A stretch of DNA of 64,000 bases, taken from Octopus vulgaris (taxonomy: Eukaryota). The position numbers were made by a program, and so were the translations under genes. Below the pieces are notes generated by a model, which saw only the letters and a program-made list of their open reading frames with translations, was not told the DNA's origin and searched no databases. Shown here piece by piece: positions 42,572-56,840 of this stretch. Every line of letters begins with the position of its first letter. Positions within the stretch are counted from its first letter, which is position 1. The stretch spans positions 15,934,001-15,998,000 of the forward strand of contig OX597833.1 in the NCBI GenBank assembly GCA_951406725.2. The letters run 5' to 3'.

Positions 42572-42872
42572 TTATTTACATTATTTACATTTGACGGGCA
42601 TATGGCGTAGTGGTAACTAGCCAGGGCTATTAACCCCAAGATTCCGAGTTCGATTCCAGGCAGTGACATGAATAATAATAATAATAACAACAATAATAAT
42701 AATAACAAAGATAATAATAATGACATCGAAAAATACCTTAGAAATGAGAACCCAGGTTTGAAATTTCCCCCCAAGACACCTGATGAAGGCTGGAGGGTAT
42801 ATCAGCCGAAACCTGTGTTTACAACAAACAAGATGAGCGCAAATATCCGTCAAATGTAAATAATGTAAATAA
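42572..42872 (+). mobile_element. Short element: tRNA-like Pol III promoter + (AAT)n + hammerhead core, bounded by 26-bp inverted repeats
   Basis: IR TTATTTACATTATTTACATTTGACGG at 42572-42597 and 42847-42872. A box TGGCGTAGTGG at 42603-42613 and B box GTTCGATTCC at 42648-42657. GACAC-CTGATGA-A-GGCTGG..TCAGCC-GAAA-CCT-GTGTT at 42775-42819. Confidence 0.75.
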
Positions 42873-42989
42873 GCATTATACGTTTCCCACTAAATTCGGT
42901 ACTTTAGAAAGTTTTCCAGCTTCACCATTTTAATTTAAAAAGTGAAAGTTTTCTCCTACCCTTAGTGGTTTGCTAAATGAAGTAAATGA

Positions 42990-43950
42990 TTTCAAATTTT
43001 GGCACAAGGCCAGCAATGTTGGAGGCGAGAGGTTAATCGATTACAGTACTCAACTGGTGCTTATTTTATCGACCTCAAAAGGATGAGAGGCAAAATAGAC
43101 CTCGACACGATTTGAACGCAGAACATAAAAATGGACGAAATACCGATTAGCATTTGGCACGGCTTACTGAAGATTCTTATATCTTTATTGCCCACAAGGG
43201 GTTAAATATAGAGGGGACAAACAAGGACATTATGTCGATTACATCGACCCCAGTGCGTAATTGGTACTTAATTTATCGACCCCGAAAGGATGAAAGGCAA
43301 AGTCGACCTCGGCGGAATTTGAGCTCAGTAGGTAACAGCAGACGAAATACCTATTTCTTTACTATCCACAAGGGGCTAAACACAGAGAGGACAAACAAGG
43401 ACAGAAAAATGGATTAAGTCGATTATATCGACCCCAGTGCGTAACTCGTACTTAATTTATCGACCCCGAAAGGATGAAAGGCAAAGTCGACCTCGGCGGA
43501 ATTTGAGCTCAGTAGGTAACAGCAGACGAAATACCTATTTCTTTACTACCCACAAGGGGCTAAACACAGAGAGGACAAACAAGGACAGAAAAATGGATTA
43601 AGTCGATTATATCGACCCAAGTGCGTAACTCGTACTTAATTTATCAACTCCGAAAGGATGAAAGGCAAAGTCGACCTCGGCGGAATTTGAACTCAGAACG
43701 TAGCGACAGACGAAATACCTATTTCTTTACTACCCACAAGTGACTAAACATAGAGGGGACTAACAAGGACAGACAAACGGATTAAGTCGATTACATCGAC
43801 CCCAGTGCGTAATTGGTACTTATTTAATCGACCCTGAAAGGATGAAAGGCAAAGTCGACCTCAGCTAATTTGAACTCAGAACGTAGCGGCAGACGAAATA
43901 CCGCTCAGTATTTTACACGGCTTACTAAAGATTCCGTCAGCTCAACACAT
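42990..43950 (-). mobile_element. Family A SINE multimer plus an older copy
   Basis: Four or five ~184-bp units. Confidence 0.88.
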
Positions 43951-44589
43951 TAACCGCAGTAAATAGTAATTAAAATTATTTTAGTGACAATTCATTTTTT
44001 CATTTCATTTCATCTAGTTTCATTCAGCTCACTAGCTGTGGCCATGCTGGGGCACCGCCATTCAGTTCATTTTTTTTATACAATCCTTATTGTCGTAGCT
44101 CAAAATATCAATTTTTAGAAGTATTTCCTGCCGTATAGTCCTTAAGGGTAAAGTATAGAATATTATGCCACGTATACATTTCCAAGAGCAATTCGTTACG
44201 CGAATGAAATGATTGTCTTCCAACTAAAATTGGAACTACATAGGTTGGCCTCATAACGCCGGCGGGGTGACATCTTGCTATAAGCTGTACTCAACATTTG
44301 CTCACAAACTTTTGGATAATTGTCAGGTATTATCTGTTGCCCTGCTTCACAGCTTGATTTATATTGTTCACGCTTTTATAATTGAAAGCTACATTACTAA
44401 TCTTTCCTTCGCAGAATGTCTTAACATTCTCAGCCGAAGATTGATAGCGGTTTAAATACAGTTTTCTTAGCGTTCTATGGCTTACAGCATAATCTTTTCA
44501 AACATGTTGGCAGAATATGTTTTAACGATTTACATATTCATATTTTTGTATGTGTTTTATTCGATTCGTTATAATATCCAAAATATTTT

Positions 44590-44605
44590 GATGATGATAA
44601 TAATG

Positions 44606-44666
<61 letters not shown>

Positions 44667-44684
44667 TGATGATGATAATGATTA

Positions 44685-44718
<34 letters not shown>

Positions 44719-44735
44719 GGTGGTGGTGGTGGTGG

Positions 44736-44769
<34 letters not shown>

Positions 44770-44953
44770 GATGATGATGATGACGATGATGATGATGATG
44801 ATGATGATGATGCTGATGGTAGTGATGGTAGTGATGGTGGTGATGATGGTGATGATGGTGGTGATGGTGGTGATGGTGGTGATGATGATGATGATAATGA
44901 TGACGATGATGATGATGATGATGACGATGATGATGATGATGATGATGATGACG

Positions 44954-44987
<34 letters not shown>

Positions 44988-44994
44988 CGACGAC

Positions 44995-45028
<34 letters not shown>

Positions 45029-45040
45029 ATCATGATAATA
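44590..45040. repeat. Compound trinucleotide microsatellite (AAT/GAT/GGT/GAC)
   Basis: Directly visible. It explains the poly-M/H/I ORFs. Confidence 0.97.
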
Positions 45041-45700
45041 AATAAAGTTAATACAGTTCATTTTCTTTATACTTTCCGGATAAGCTGGTAAAGCTGAGCT
45101 AATCATTTTTCTCAATTCAAAGAGTTATTCTAAGTTTAAAACATTTGGCATTTTAATAATTTGGGATTCGAATAAATAACCGTTGTTGATATATATATAT
45201 ATATATCCCGGAAAGAAATATAATAAAATTCCTGTGGACTGTTATATCTCTATTGAGATATATACATGCGTGGTATTTTTATGCTGGATTGTAATATGAA
45301 TGTGACGACCACACCTGATGTGAACATTTCCTATGTTTCAATTGAATAACGAGATTTTCATGCTGCATGTTTTAAAGCCATTGAAAAGATTTTTAGTGTG
45401 GCGTTTTTTGGTTTTTGCATGTGTGAACCAAAACCACCAGAGAGCATTTTAGCAGCATAAAGAGGAGAATGGGTCGAGTTCATTAGATGCCCTAGAGGGA
45501 AGCTAGGGCTTTGAAACACATAGTGGCAACAGTGAGAGTCAAAGGAAGAAAAAGAGGATAGGGAGAATGTGTGCGAGAGAGAGAAGGGGCATGGAGTGGG
45601 AGAGAGAGGGAGTGGGGAGAAGAGAGTGAGAGAAGATAGAGGGATATGTTAGTGTTATACGTGGATCCATTAACGTGCTGTATTGCGTACAGGGGAGAAT

Positions 45701-46118
45701 AAGGCGGCGAGCTGGCAGAAACGTTAGCACGCCGGGCGAAATGCTTGGCAGTATTTCGTCTGTCGATACGTTCTGAGTTCAAATTCCGCCGAGGTCGACT
45801 TTGCCTGTCATCCTTTCAGGGTCGATAAATTAAGTACCAGTTACGCACTGGGGTTGCTGTAATCAACTTAATCCCTTTGTCTGTCCTTGTTTGTCCCCTC
45901 TGTGTTTAGCCCCTTGTGAGTAGTAAAGAAATAGGTATTTCGTCTGCCGCTACGTTCTGAGTTCAAATTCCGCCGAAGTCGACTTTACCGTTCATCCTTT
46001 CGGGGTCGATAAATTAAGTACTAGTTACGCAGTGGAGTCGATGTAGTCGACTTAATCCGTTTGTCTGTCCTTGTTCGTCTCCTCTATGTTTAGCCCCTTG
46101 TTGGCAATTAACAAATAA
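45701..46118 (+). mobile_element. Family A SINE dimer (further copies at ~5585-5822, 9653-10003, 32021-32248, 35411-35642, 38298-38531, 41272-41753, 54636-54865, 60189-60421)
   Basis: Same head and unit. The monomer at 32021-32248 has the TSD TTGGGTCCATCATA. Confidence 0.88.
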
Positions 46119-46199
46119 ATGGCTTATAAACACCTTCCACGCTGCAAATGTTTTTGTTTCAGCACCCGATCTCAGATCAGGTCAATTGTTATGCAAGTT

Positions 46200-46564
46200 G
46201 GAAGCACTCCGTCGGTTACGACGATGAGGGTTCCGGTTGATCCGAATCAACGGAACAGCTTGCTCGAGAAATTAACGTGTAAGTGGCTGAGCACTCCACA
46301 GACACGTGTACCCTTAACCTTCAGCGTGACACAGAGAGTGACAAGGCCGGCCCTTTGAAATACAGGTACAACAAAACAGGAAAAAGAGTGGGAGAAAGAG
46401 TGGTGAAAGAGTACAACAGGGATCACCACCATCCCCTGTCAGAGCCTCGTGGAGCTTTAGGTGTTTTCGCTCAATAAACACTCACAACGCCCGGTCTGGG
46501 AATCGAAACCGCGACCCTTTGACCGCGAGTCCGTTGCCCTAAACCACTGGGCCATTATGCCTCC
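46200..46564 (-). mobile_element. Family B SINE
   Basis: TSD TGTTA(T/C)GCAAGT. Confidence 0.88.
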
Positions 46565-46974
46565 TATGTTACGCAAGTAATTATTCACACTCCGTAATTA
46601 TTCATACACTGAAAATTCATTAGTGATGCAAAACTAGAAAGTGTTCTTTGAATACACCCTCTACCAATTTCCTAACAATAAAATCCGTATACTCTTTCCA
46701 GATTTAGCTTGAAGTATTCTTGAACATCGTCCAAATATCTGATTGTTTAAGATAACTGCCAATCATTATGAAAATCTACAAGCAAAGAGCCTGATAACTT
46801 CCGGTTGTTATAGTACGGAATAAAAGCTTCTATACTCAGGTCGTCTGATCGTTTGTATCAATTACAATGAATTTTGCTACTTGCTTCGTTGAGAAAAAAC
46901 ACAGAGGAATGTCAGGTTGACTTCACTTGGTCTTCGTTTCCTAAAATAATGTTATCGACTAGATTTTAGACATA

Positions 46975-47557
<583 letters not shown>

Positions 47558-47699
47558 TGCAGGAGTCGCTGTGTGGTAAGTAGTTTGCTTACCAACCACA
47601 AGGTTCCGGGTTCAGTACCACGGCGTATAGTATCTTCTACTATAGCCTCAGGCCGACCAAAGCCTTGTGAGTGGATTTGGTAGACGGAACCCAACCAAA

Positions 47700-48630
47700 T
47701 TCACAGAAATGTCAATGTAGAAAGGGAAAACAGATTAGGTTTATCCGTGAAAAGAAAAGCCTACGGAAACACCACGGTAACCTTGGGCAAGAATGACATA
47801 GAAAAAGCACATTACAGTAAATGTCTCTCTTTTTCCTTTCTTTTTTTCGTTCATAGGATCATGCTCACGGTGGCTTCGTCATTCATACGTGCCATCCTTG
47901 CTACATTCACCCATCTTTTTTAAAACATTCGCTAGACAAAACTTGCCTCTTTACTCTCAATTTCCTCTTCAAGTGATACTTGAAGAAGTTGATGAGAGGT
48001 TGACCAGAGAGGAAGTGTTTGTCTCCAATCCTTTCAGATGCGTCCACCAGTTACATTATTTCGCCATAGTTGGTGGTGGTCGTGGCAGAGTTGTCCGTAG
48101 TAGTCGTTGACTGTGAAGCTGACGTCTGGCTTCTTCCAATTCTTCGTGGGTCGGCGTCCATGCTCGCACGTGCACCTGTCTCGCTCCTCCCCTTCTTTCC
48201 CTCCCTCGTGAAGCAGTGGGGAAGGGGAGGGTAGGGAGATCAACGTCGTAAGCGTTGTCAAGGAGACCACCGTTCTTCTCGAAGAACGACTTCATGGCTT
48301 TGAAGTCGCCATGCTCAAAGCAGAAAATGGCTAGGAAAGCCGAAGACGAATTTACAAAATGGGGAAACACGCCACACAAAGGCAGGTTTCCCGTGCAAAG
48401 AATTTGCACAACCGAATGTATTTATTACTTGTTGCACAATAGACGTCATTGATTAGTTGAAATTGCAGAAGAAAAAACAGCAAATATCTTACAAACACTA
48501 GAATTTTCTGAATAAAGCCAAGAGAAAAAAATGTTTTATTTTGACACATTCTACAAGTATACGAAATTTAAAATGTTTTTGAGAAGAACGGTGGTCTCCT
48601 TGACAACGCTTCACAGGTGCATGTGTGAGC
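47700..48630 (-). mobile_element. Internally deleted Tx1/L1-like LINE remnant; related 3' pieces at ~4570-4770 and ~33640-34010
   Basis: Minus frame, with frameshifts: LKGLETNT..GQPLINFFKYHLKRKLRVKRQVLSSECF..RWVNVARMARMNDEATVSMIL*. The 3' UTR AGAAAAGCCTACGGAAA.ACCACGGTAACC recurs at the other loci. Confidence 0.55.
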
Positions 48631-49217
48631 CTGGACGCCGACACACGGAAAATTGGTGGTGTTGGTTGTGGTGGTGGTGGTGGTGGTGGTGATGATGATG
48701 GTGGTGGTGTTGATGATGGTGGTGGTGATGATAATGGTGATGGTGATGATGTATTTGGTGGTGGTGGCGTTGGTGATGATGGTGGTGGTGGTGGTGATGA
48801 TGGTGTGAAAATTAAAGGTAGAATGTGTGGTACCGAAAGACCAAGTAAGGAATGAGAGCACACATAAATTGACAAAAGAAAGTATATACCGCTCTGGAAT
48901 AAGATTCTTATAATCTATACAGAACCCATTTAGAAACTTAGAAAATAGAATTATTTGTGTACTAAATTCAGAATGAACAAAACTTCTGTATATAACATAT
49001 AAGTTATTTGTGAAAGCTAAGTTAAATAACTTTTACGACATGTAGAAAATTACTATACAGTTATTATACAAGACACGTATTTTCGGTTAAGAAGTGTTAT
49101 TAAGTTCCCATAGTAGAAAATTGGAAAAACTAATGGAGTCTATTTGATCGTGTTTGTGGTGTTCTCAGTACGGACACTAGCTTATTAGGGCTGCTATGCT
49201 GGAAAGTAAAATGGAAT

Positions 49218-49602
49218 GGAAGCACTCCGTCGGTTACGACGACGAGGGTTCCGGTTGATCCGATCAACGGAACAGCCTGCTCGTGAAATTAACGTGTAAG
49301 TGGCTGAGCACTCCACAGACACGTGTACCCTTAACGTAGTTCTCGGGGATATTTAGCGTGACACAGAGAGTGACAAGGCCAGCCCTTTGAATTACAGGTA
49401 CAACAGAAACAGGAAGTAAGAGTGAGAGAAAGTTGTGGTGAAAGAGTACAGCAGGGATCACCATCATCTCTGCCGGAGCCTCGTGGAGCTTTTTTAGGTG
49501 TTTTCGCTCAATAAACACTCACAACGCCCGGTCTGGGAATCGAAACCGCGATCCTATGAACGCGAGTCCGCTGCCCTAACCACTGGGCCATTGCGCCTCC
49601 AC
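49218..49602 (-). mobile_element. Family B SINE (variants with other tails at ~34392-34656, 40663-40960, 55000-55275; truncated copy at 8431-8697)
   Basis: TSD GAAAGTAAAAT at 49202-49212 and 49603-49613. Confidence 0.9.
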
Positions 49603-49837
49603 GAAAAGTAAAATACTTCAAAATTGGTTAGATATAGCACGGTGGATGTGTACAGCATACTGCATTCGAAAGTAGGGTGGTTAATAGAGGTGTTACTTAG
49701 TTAAACGCTTCGAAGTTAACGTTCTGAAATCAAATCCAGTCCGGGATTTGATCTAGGAGCATTAAGGATTATGTGCATGTCAATAAGAGAGCTGATAATC
49801 AAGGGGCAGGAAACTGATTGTAATGTAGTGCGGATCC

Positions 49838-50640
49838 AAGGCGGCGAGCTGGCAGAAACGTTAGCACGCCGGGCAAAATGTTTAGCAGTATTTTGTCTGC
49901 CTTTATGTTCTGAGTTCAAATTCTGCAGGGGTCGACTTTGCCTTTCATCCTTTCGGGGTTGATTAAATAAGTACCAATTACGCACTGGTGTCGATATAAT
50001 CGACTTAATCCGTTTGTCTGTCCTTGTTTGTCCCCTCTGTGTTTAGCTCTTTGTGAGCAGTAAAGAAATAGGTATTTCGTCTGCCACTATGTTCTGAGTT
50101 CAAATTCCGCCGGTGTCGATTTTGCCATTCATCCTTTCGGGGTCAATTAAATAAGAACCAATTACGCACTGGTGTCGATATAATCGACTTAATCGATTTG
50201 TCTGTCCTTGTTTGTCCTCTCCGTGTTTAGCCCTTGTGGGTAGTAAAGAAATAGGTATTTCGTTTGTTTTTACGTTCTGAGTTCAAATTCCGCTGAGGTC
50301 AACTTTGCCTTTCATCCTTTCGGGGTCGATTAAATAAGTACCAGTTACGCACTGGGGTCGATACAATCGACTTAATCCGTTTGTCTGTCTTTGTTTGTCT
50401 CCTCTATGTTTAGCCCCTTGTGGGTGATAAAGAAATAAGAAACGTTAGAACACCGGGCAAAATGTTTAGCAGCATTTTACCTCTGTCTTTACGTTTTGAG
50501 TTCAAATTTCGCCGATGTCGATTTTGTCTATTATCCTTTCGAAGGTGGATGAAATAAGTACCAGTTAAGTACTAGGATCGCCGTAACTGGCTTAACCTCT
50601 CCCATTAAGTTCCTGGACTCGTGCTAAAATTTGAAACCAT
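49838..50640 (+). mobile_element. Family A SINE multimer
   Basis: Head, three units and an older short-tail copy. Confidence 0.88.
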
Positions 50641-50894
50641 TCTTGTGTGAAAGTAAAAATATATGCTAAATACGCAGTTTGGAAATTCATAATGTCTATT
50701 GTCTTCAATCTCGTATACATAAATAATGCTGTTAATTGGAAAAACCGTTATCGCATCGGATAAAATGCTTTACGATATGAGTTCAAATGCTGCCGAGGTC
50801 GTCTTTGCTCTTCATCATTTCAGCATCAATAAAATAAGTGCCATGTTATTACTGGAGTAGATGTAATTGACTTACATAAGTAAAAAATGCACGC

Positions 50895-51139
50895 GCCCTT
50901 TTAAAGCCTAGCCAGGCTCATGGGCCCGGTTTCTCGGTTTCAATGGCGTATGTGTTACCCAACTGGACGGGATGCCAGTCCATCGCAGCGTTACTCATTT
51001 TTGCCAGCTGAGTGGACTGGAACAACGTGAAATGAAGTGTTTTACTCAAGAACATAACGCGTCGCCCGGTCCTGGAATCGAAACCACAAACTTACGATCA
51101 TGATGCTGACACCCTAACCACTAAGTCACGCGCCTCCAC
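50895..51139 (-). mobile_element. Family D CORE-like tRNA SINE (also 8149-8398 on -; B/D chimeras at 62190-62464 on - and 62957-63260 on +)
   Basis: The reverse complement reads GTGGAGGCGCGTGACTTAGTGGTTAGGG...GTTTCGATTCC...GTTCTTGAGTAAAACACTTCATTTCACGTTGTTCCAGTCCACTCAGCTG. Confidence 0.8.
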
Positions 51140-52774
51140 ATTTGACTTACCTACAACACTGAAATTGCTGGACTTTTGCCAATATATGAAATCAATGTCG
51201 TATAATTAAATGACTTGGCGACTGGGGTGTAAAGTTTCGGTGTAGATATGTAGATAGCTATACCCTAGAGGGTTGAAATAAGTTACATATTCCAGCGACC
51301 AGCTTGAAATTTTTGATGAACTATCATATTAACGACCGTTTTGTTTTTATTCTAAAACTGCTCTAAATTAAATTATAAAACGGTCGTTAATTATGCACAA
51401 AATCAATAATATATTTGGAATCTGAAACGAATGATTTGATCAGAATGGAAAGCGGATGTGTTACTGAATGGTTGTTGTGAACCAATCAGTGCGTGAAACA
51501 CAAAGAATAGTAACCTATGCTTAACCGAAAAGTTATATATCAACCTTGTTAGTGAACTCGCTTTGTATAAGGAAAGTAACGTTTTTCGTTTGCTGACAAA
51601 CGAAATGCACAGGAAAAGTTTTAAGACACCCCGGGTCCATTCGAACTGCAAATCCAATATGGTTAACCAGATTTTTAGCCCAATACAACACATAGCCCAT
51701 AGTATTAACAGCACAATATACGCACTATAATAATTGACAAAATATTTTATGAACTACTTATGTGAAGAAGGAGCAAACAATTCGACCGGATTCGACCTCA
51801 AAACATCCTCTTCATTCCTACTTGCTGCATGCTCACACACACAAACCACACACACACAAACCTCGCACACACACAAAAACACACACATACACAAATACAC
51901 ACACAAAGACGCGCGCACGCACACATACACACACGCACAAACCACACACACACACAAACACAGGCACACAAACCACACACACAAAACACACACACAAACA
52001 CACGCACATACACACACAAACACACACACAAGGATGCACGCACACGGACACACACACACACACAGACAAACAGACACACATACACACACAAGGATGCACT
52101 CACACAGACATGCAACGACGCACGTACACAGACCCAGTCGCAAACCACACACACACACTTACACACACACAAGTATGCACGCACACAGACACGTACATAC
52201 ACACACACATGCACCCATACGCATACATACACACGTACATTTATGAAGCATCATTCACACATACACTACCCATAACTATAAAACCATCAGATTAGTATAA
52301 CTGTTATATTTATATCTTTATTTTTAATATCGCTCGATATAATAATTCTTCAGTCACATAAGGAAACAGAAGATTTCGCTCATTGCATAAATGCAATCAA
52401 AATGCATGTGTGCATACGTACTTAGACACAAAGCTTCTGTTGCCATAATTTCCTCACACATAACACACTTTAACAAACACACACACTTTCACACACATAG
52501 AATCGTGCCGCACCGGAAAAAGTGCTTAGCAGCATTTTTTCCGAGTTTATGTTCTGAGTTCAAATGCCTCCGGGAGTTTTGAGTTTCATCCTTTGAAATC
52601 TGGAGTCAATTTAATCAACTTGACCTGTTCCCAAAATTGCTGGCTTTGTGCCAAACTTTAAAACCATTATTTATACATAGTAAGTATATGTCCTGACGTA
52701 GCTGATTCATAATCAAAAACCTGCCGACCGTGACTATCTCTTGTATTCGTATATCTATGAAAACATTGATCATC

Positions 52775-53375
52775 TATTTCTTTACTACCCACAAGGAGCT
52801 ACACACAAAGAGGACACACAAGGACAGACAAACGGATTAAGTCGATTATATCGACCCCAGTGCGTAACTGGTAATTATTTAATCGACCCCGAAAGGATGA
52901 AAAGCAAAGTCGACCTCCGCGGAATTTGAGCTCAGAACGTAACGGCAGACGAAATGCCTATTTCTTTACTACTCACAAGGGGCTAAACACAGAGGGGACA
53001 AACAAGACAGACAAACGGATTAAGTTCGATTATATCGACCCCAGTGTGTAACTGGTACTTAATTTATCGACCCCGAAAGGATGAAAGGCAAAGTCGATCT
53101 CGGCGGATTTTGAACTCAGAACGTAGCGGCAGACGAAATACCTATTTCGTTACTACCCACAAGGGGCTAAACACAGAGGGGACAAACAAGGACAGACAAA
53201 CGGATTAAGTCGATTACATCGACTCCAGTGTGTAACTGGTACTTAATTTATCGACCCCGAAAGGATGAAAGGCAAAGTCGATCTCGGCGGATTTTGAACT
53301 CAGAACGTAGCGGCAGACAAAATACCGCTAAGCATTTCGCCCGGCTTACTAACCTTTCTGCCAGCACTCCGCCTT
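52775..53375 (-). mobile_element. Family A SINE trimer with 14-bp TSD
   Basis: AAACATTGATCATC (52761-52774) and AAACATTAATCATC (53376-53389). Confidence 0.9.
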
Positions 53376-54104
53376 AAACATTAATCATCGTCTTCTATTG
53401 TAATTTAGAGAGATTTGTCCAGGTTTTGCAGCAGGTTACGCAAATACCCAGACGTCCCCACGTCGGTTCTTTTCCAATTTCATGAAGCTGAACAAAATTC
53501 TGTACATAAATGGTATTAACTTGCTAAATATTAAGCGAAGCTACGAAACGAAATATGAATTGATGCGCCATAAGTCCGATACTTCTTGGTATTATTTAAA
53601 ATACTAAACAATGCAGAAATCAATTCAAAGTTATCACAAACATTTTAACTTCAACTTGGGATTAATTATAGCCAAAAGTTTGCTCGAAACGTCAAATCTA
53701 TTGCAGGATTAATTAATCATTTTCACACAAATACCTTCGTGATGTTTAGATCATATTACCTTTTCAATTCTTGTGTGAAATGCATCTCCTGATTTGTTGG
53801 AACAAAAGGCTTTCTATTCCTATTATTTGCTTTTTTTCTCTTGGATTGATCATAGCCGCGAGGAGTCATTCAGTAACGTGTGCTGGTTAGTTTGTTAATA
53901 TCGTTTCCTCACTGATTTTCATTTCCAATAAGCTTCAGGCAAAATGCATTTTAACTATTTAAAGAGAAATAAAAAAATAATTGTGTACAATTTATAAAAT
54001 GAAGAAAGCAAAGGTTTCTATATCAATGAGCTTGTAATTCAAAATTTAGTTTTGCAAATGTGATTCGGGTTTTGTTAGTTGTTTGTAAGTGTAAATGTGC
54101 GTAG

Positions 54105-54491
54105 GTGGAGGCGCAATGGCCCAGTGGTTAGGGCAGCGGACTCGCGGTCATAGGATCGCGGTTTCGATTCCCAGACCGGGCGTTGTGAGTGTTTATTGAG
54201 CGAAAACACCTAAAAAAGCTCCACGAGGCTCCGGCAGGGGATGGTGGTGATCCCTGCTGTACTCTTTCACCACAACTTTCTCTCACTCTTACTTCCTGTT
54301 TCTGTTGTACCTGTATTTCAAGGGGCCGGCCTTGTCACTCTCTGTGTCACGCTGAATATCCCCGAGAACTACGTTAAAGGTACGCGTGTCTGTGGAGTGC
54401 TCAGCCACTTACACGTTAATTTCACGAGCAGGCTGTTCCGTTGATTCGGATCAACCGGAACCCTCATCGTCGTAACCGACGGAGTGCTTCC
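54105..54491 (+). mobile_element. Family B tRNA-derived SINE (tRNA-Arg-like head), full length
   Basis: GGAGGCGCAATGGCCCAGTGGTTAGGGCAGCGGACTCGCGG...GTTTCGATTCC (A/B boxes), ending CCGACGGAGTGCTTCC. TSD AAATGTGCGT. Confidence 0.9.
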
Positions 54492-55286
54492 ATCAAATGT
54501 GCGTGTATGTATCTGGGCCTGTTTACATGTGTACACGTTTGCATCGATTTTTTATGTTTTTGTCTTGGTATTTGAAAATCTGGTATTCGATAAACTGTAA
54601 AATAGCAACACGATAAATGTGGAAAAATATATACCTATTTCTTTACTACCCACAAGGGGCTAAACACAGAGGGGACAAACAAGGACAGACAAACGGATTA
54701 AGTCGATTACATCGACCCCAGTGCGTAACTGGTACTTATTTAATCGACCCCGAAAGGATGAAAGGCAAAGTTGACCTCGGCGGAATTTGAACTCAGAATG
54801 TAGCGGCAGACGAAATACCGCTAGGCATTTCGCCCGGCGTGCTAACGTTTCTACCAGCTCGCCGCGTGGAAATATATATACCGCAATGAAATACTACGGT
54901 TGATGTGATTAAGTTCTAGAGGTCGGTACCCTATCATGGTCGAAGATTAATGACTGAAAGCAGAAAGAATTTTACAAATTGTAAGAATATATGATCGTGA
55001 TTACCGTAACCGACCAGGTTATCAGATGTTGCTACACATTGCCGGTCACAATGCGCATCACATTGTTTTAGCCTTCAAATGACGCCACGCCACTGAAGAA
55101 AGCGTGAGAGAAAGTTATGGCGAAAGAGTACAGCAGGTATCGCCATCATCTCCTGCCGGAGGCTCGTGGAGCTTTAGGCGTTTTCGTTCAGTAAACACTC
55201 ACAACGCCCGCTCTGGGAATCGAAACCGCGATCGTGCGACCGCGAGTCCGCTGCTCTAACCACTGGGCCATTGCGACTCACCTTAT

Positions 55287-55381
<95 letters not shown>

Positions 55382-55551
55382 GAGTCCGCTGCCCTAACCA
55401 CTGGACCATTGCGCCTCCACACATATATATATATATATATATATATAGCACTAGGCCGCTGGTGGCAAATAATTTTCTGCTGAATTTTTTGCCACCCTAT
55501 ATTGATTAATATATATATATATATGTGTGTGTGTAAATATATATATGTATG

Positions 55552-55615
<64 letters not shown>

Positions 55616-56412
55616 TGTTATGTTACGTTATGTTACGGAAGATGCATCCGTTGTACTTTCGAAACAATTGTAGAACTCGACAATCCCCGCCATCTGTTTT
55701 ATTTACAGATCTGTTTATTGCATTGTAAGCAACGGTTACTGCTTTCAAAATATAATTGTATAGCACCTGTCATCTTATTCGAATTTTCTATCTAAACTCT
55801 ATAGAGGAAGAAATATATTTCATACATTTATTAATAAATGTAATTCATCAATTATCAAAATATCATTGTTTTCTCTACATGCCGCCTTTATGCTAAAAGT
55901 TAAGAAACCGCGTTTTATTATCACTCACCTGATCATACTACAGTATACTCACACACACACACACAGACACACAGGCGCGCGCGCGCACACACACGCACAT
56001 ACACACACACACACACACACGCACACACACACACACGCACATGCACATTTTTCATTCTCTCTCTGTTTATTTTCTCTTATTCCTTTCTGTTGAAGAGCGT
56101 AGCACTGAAATGTAAAAAGCTTTTTTCATTTCTCCGGGCGTCAAACTAATACACTTGCTTGTTGTTCATACACCTGTCTTCGTCTTTCGTTTTTCTATAA
56201 ATTTCCCACATATATATATACTCTTTTACTCATTTACTTGTTTCAGTCATTTGACTGCGGCCATGCTGGACCCCGGGACTTATTCTTTTGTAAGCCCAGT
56301 ACTTTTCTATCGGTCTCTTTTGCCGAACCACTAAGTAACGGGGACATAAACACACCAGCATCGGTTGTCAAGCAATGCTAGGGGGACAAACACAGACACA
56401 CAAACACACACA

Positions 56413-56447
<35 letters not shown>

Positions 56448-56659
56448 ATATATACGACTGACTTCATTCAGTTTCCGTCTACTAAATCCACTCACAAGGC
56501 TTTGGTCGGCCCGAGGCTATAGTACAAGACACTTGCCCAAGGTGCCACGCAGTGGGACTGAACCCGGAACCATGTGGTTGGTAAACAAGTTACTTACCAC
56601 ACAGCCACTCCTGCGCCTATATATGTAGATGATATATATATATCTATCTTCCCCAAGAT

Positions 56660-56840
56660 AGATCGCTAGCCACTACACATTTTTTATTTTCTTTCCTTGT
56701 TTCTTTCTGTGTTCCTTTCTGTGGAAGAGCGTAGGCTCGAAACGTTAAAGACTTTTTCACTTCTCGAGCGTTAAACTAATACATCTGTTTGTTGTTCATA
56801 CGCCTGTCTTCGTCTTTTGCTTTACTTTAAATGTAAACTT
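56660..56840 (+). mobile_element. Short PLE-like element with a minimal hammerhead variant; diverged direct copy at ~56047-56207
   Basis: CTTT-CTGTGGA-A-GAGC-gtag-GCTC-GAAA-CG-TT-AAAG at 56715-56750. The degenerate copy is at 56083-56119, and both share the downstream AAACTAATACA...CCTGTCTTCGTCTTT. Confidence 0.55.

Noticed and set aside
54105-54185. tRNA genes at SINE heads
   Set aside because: A and B boxes are present, but the cloverleaf is incomplete and the heads continue into SINE bodies with TSDs.
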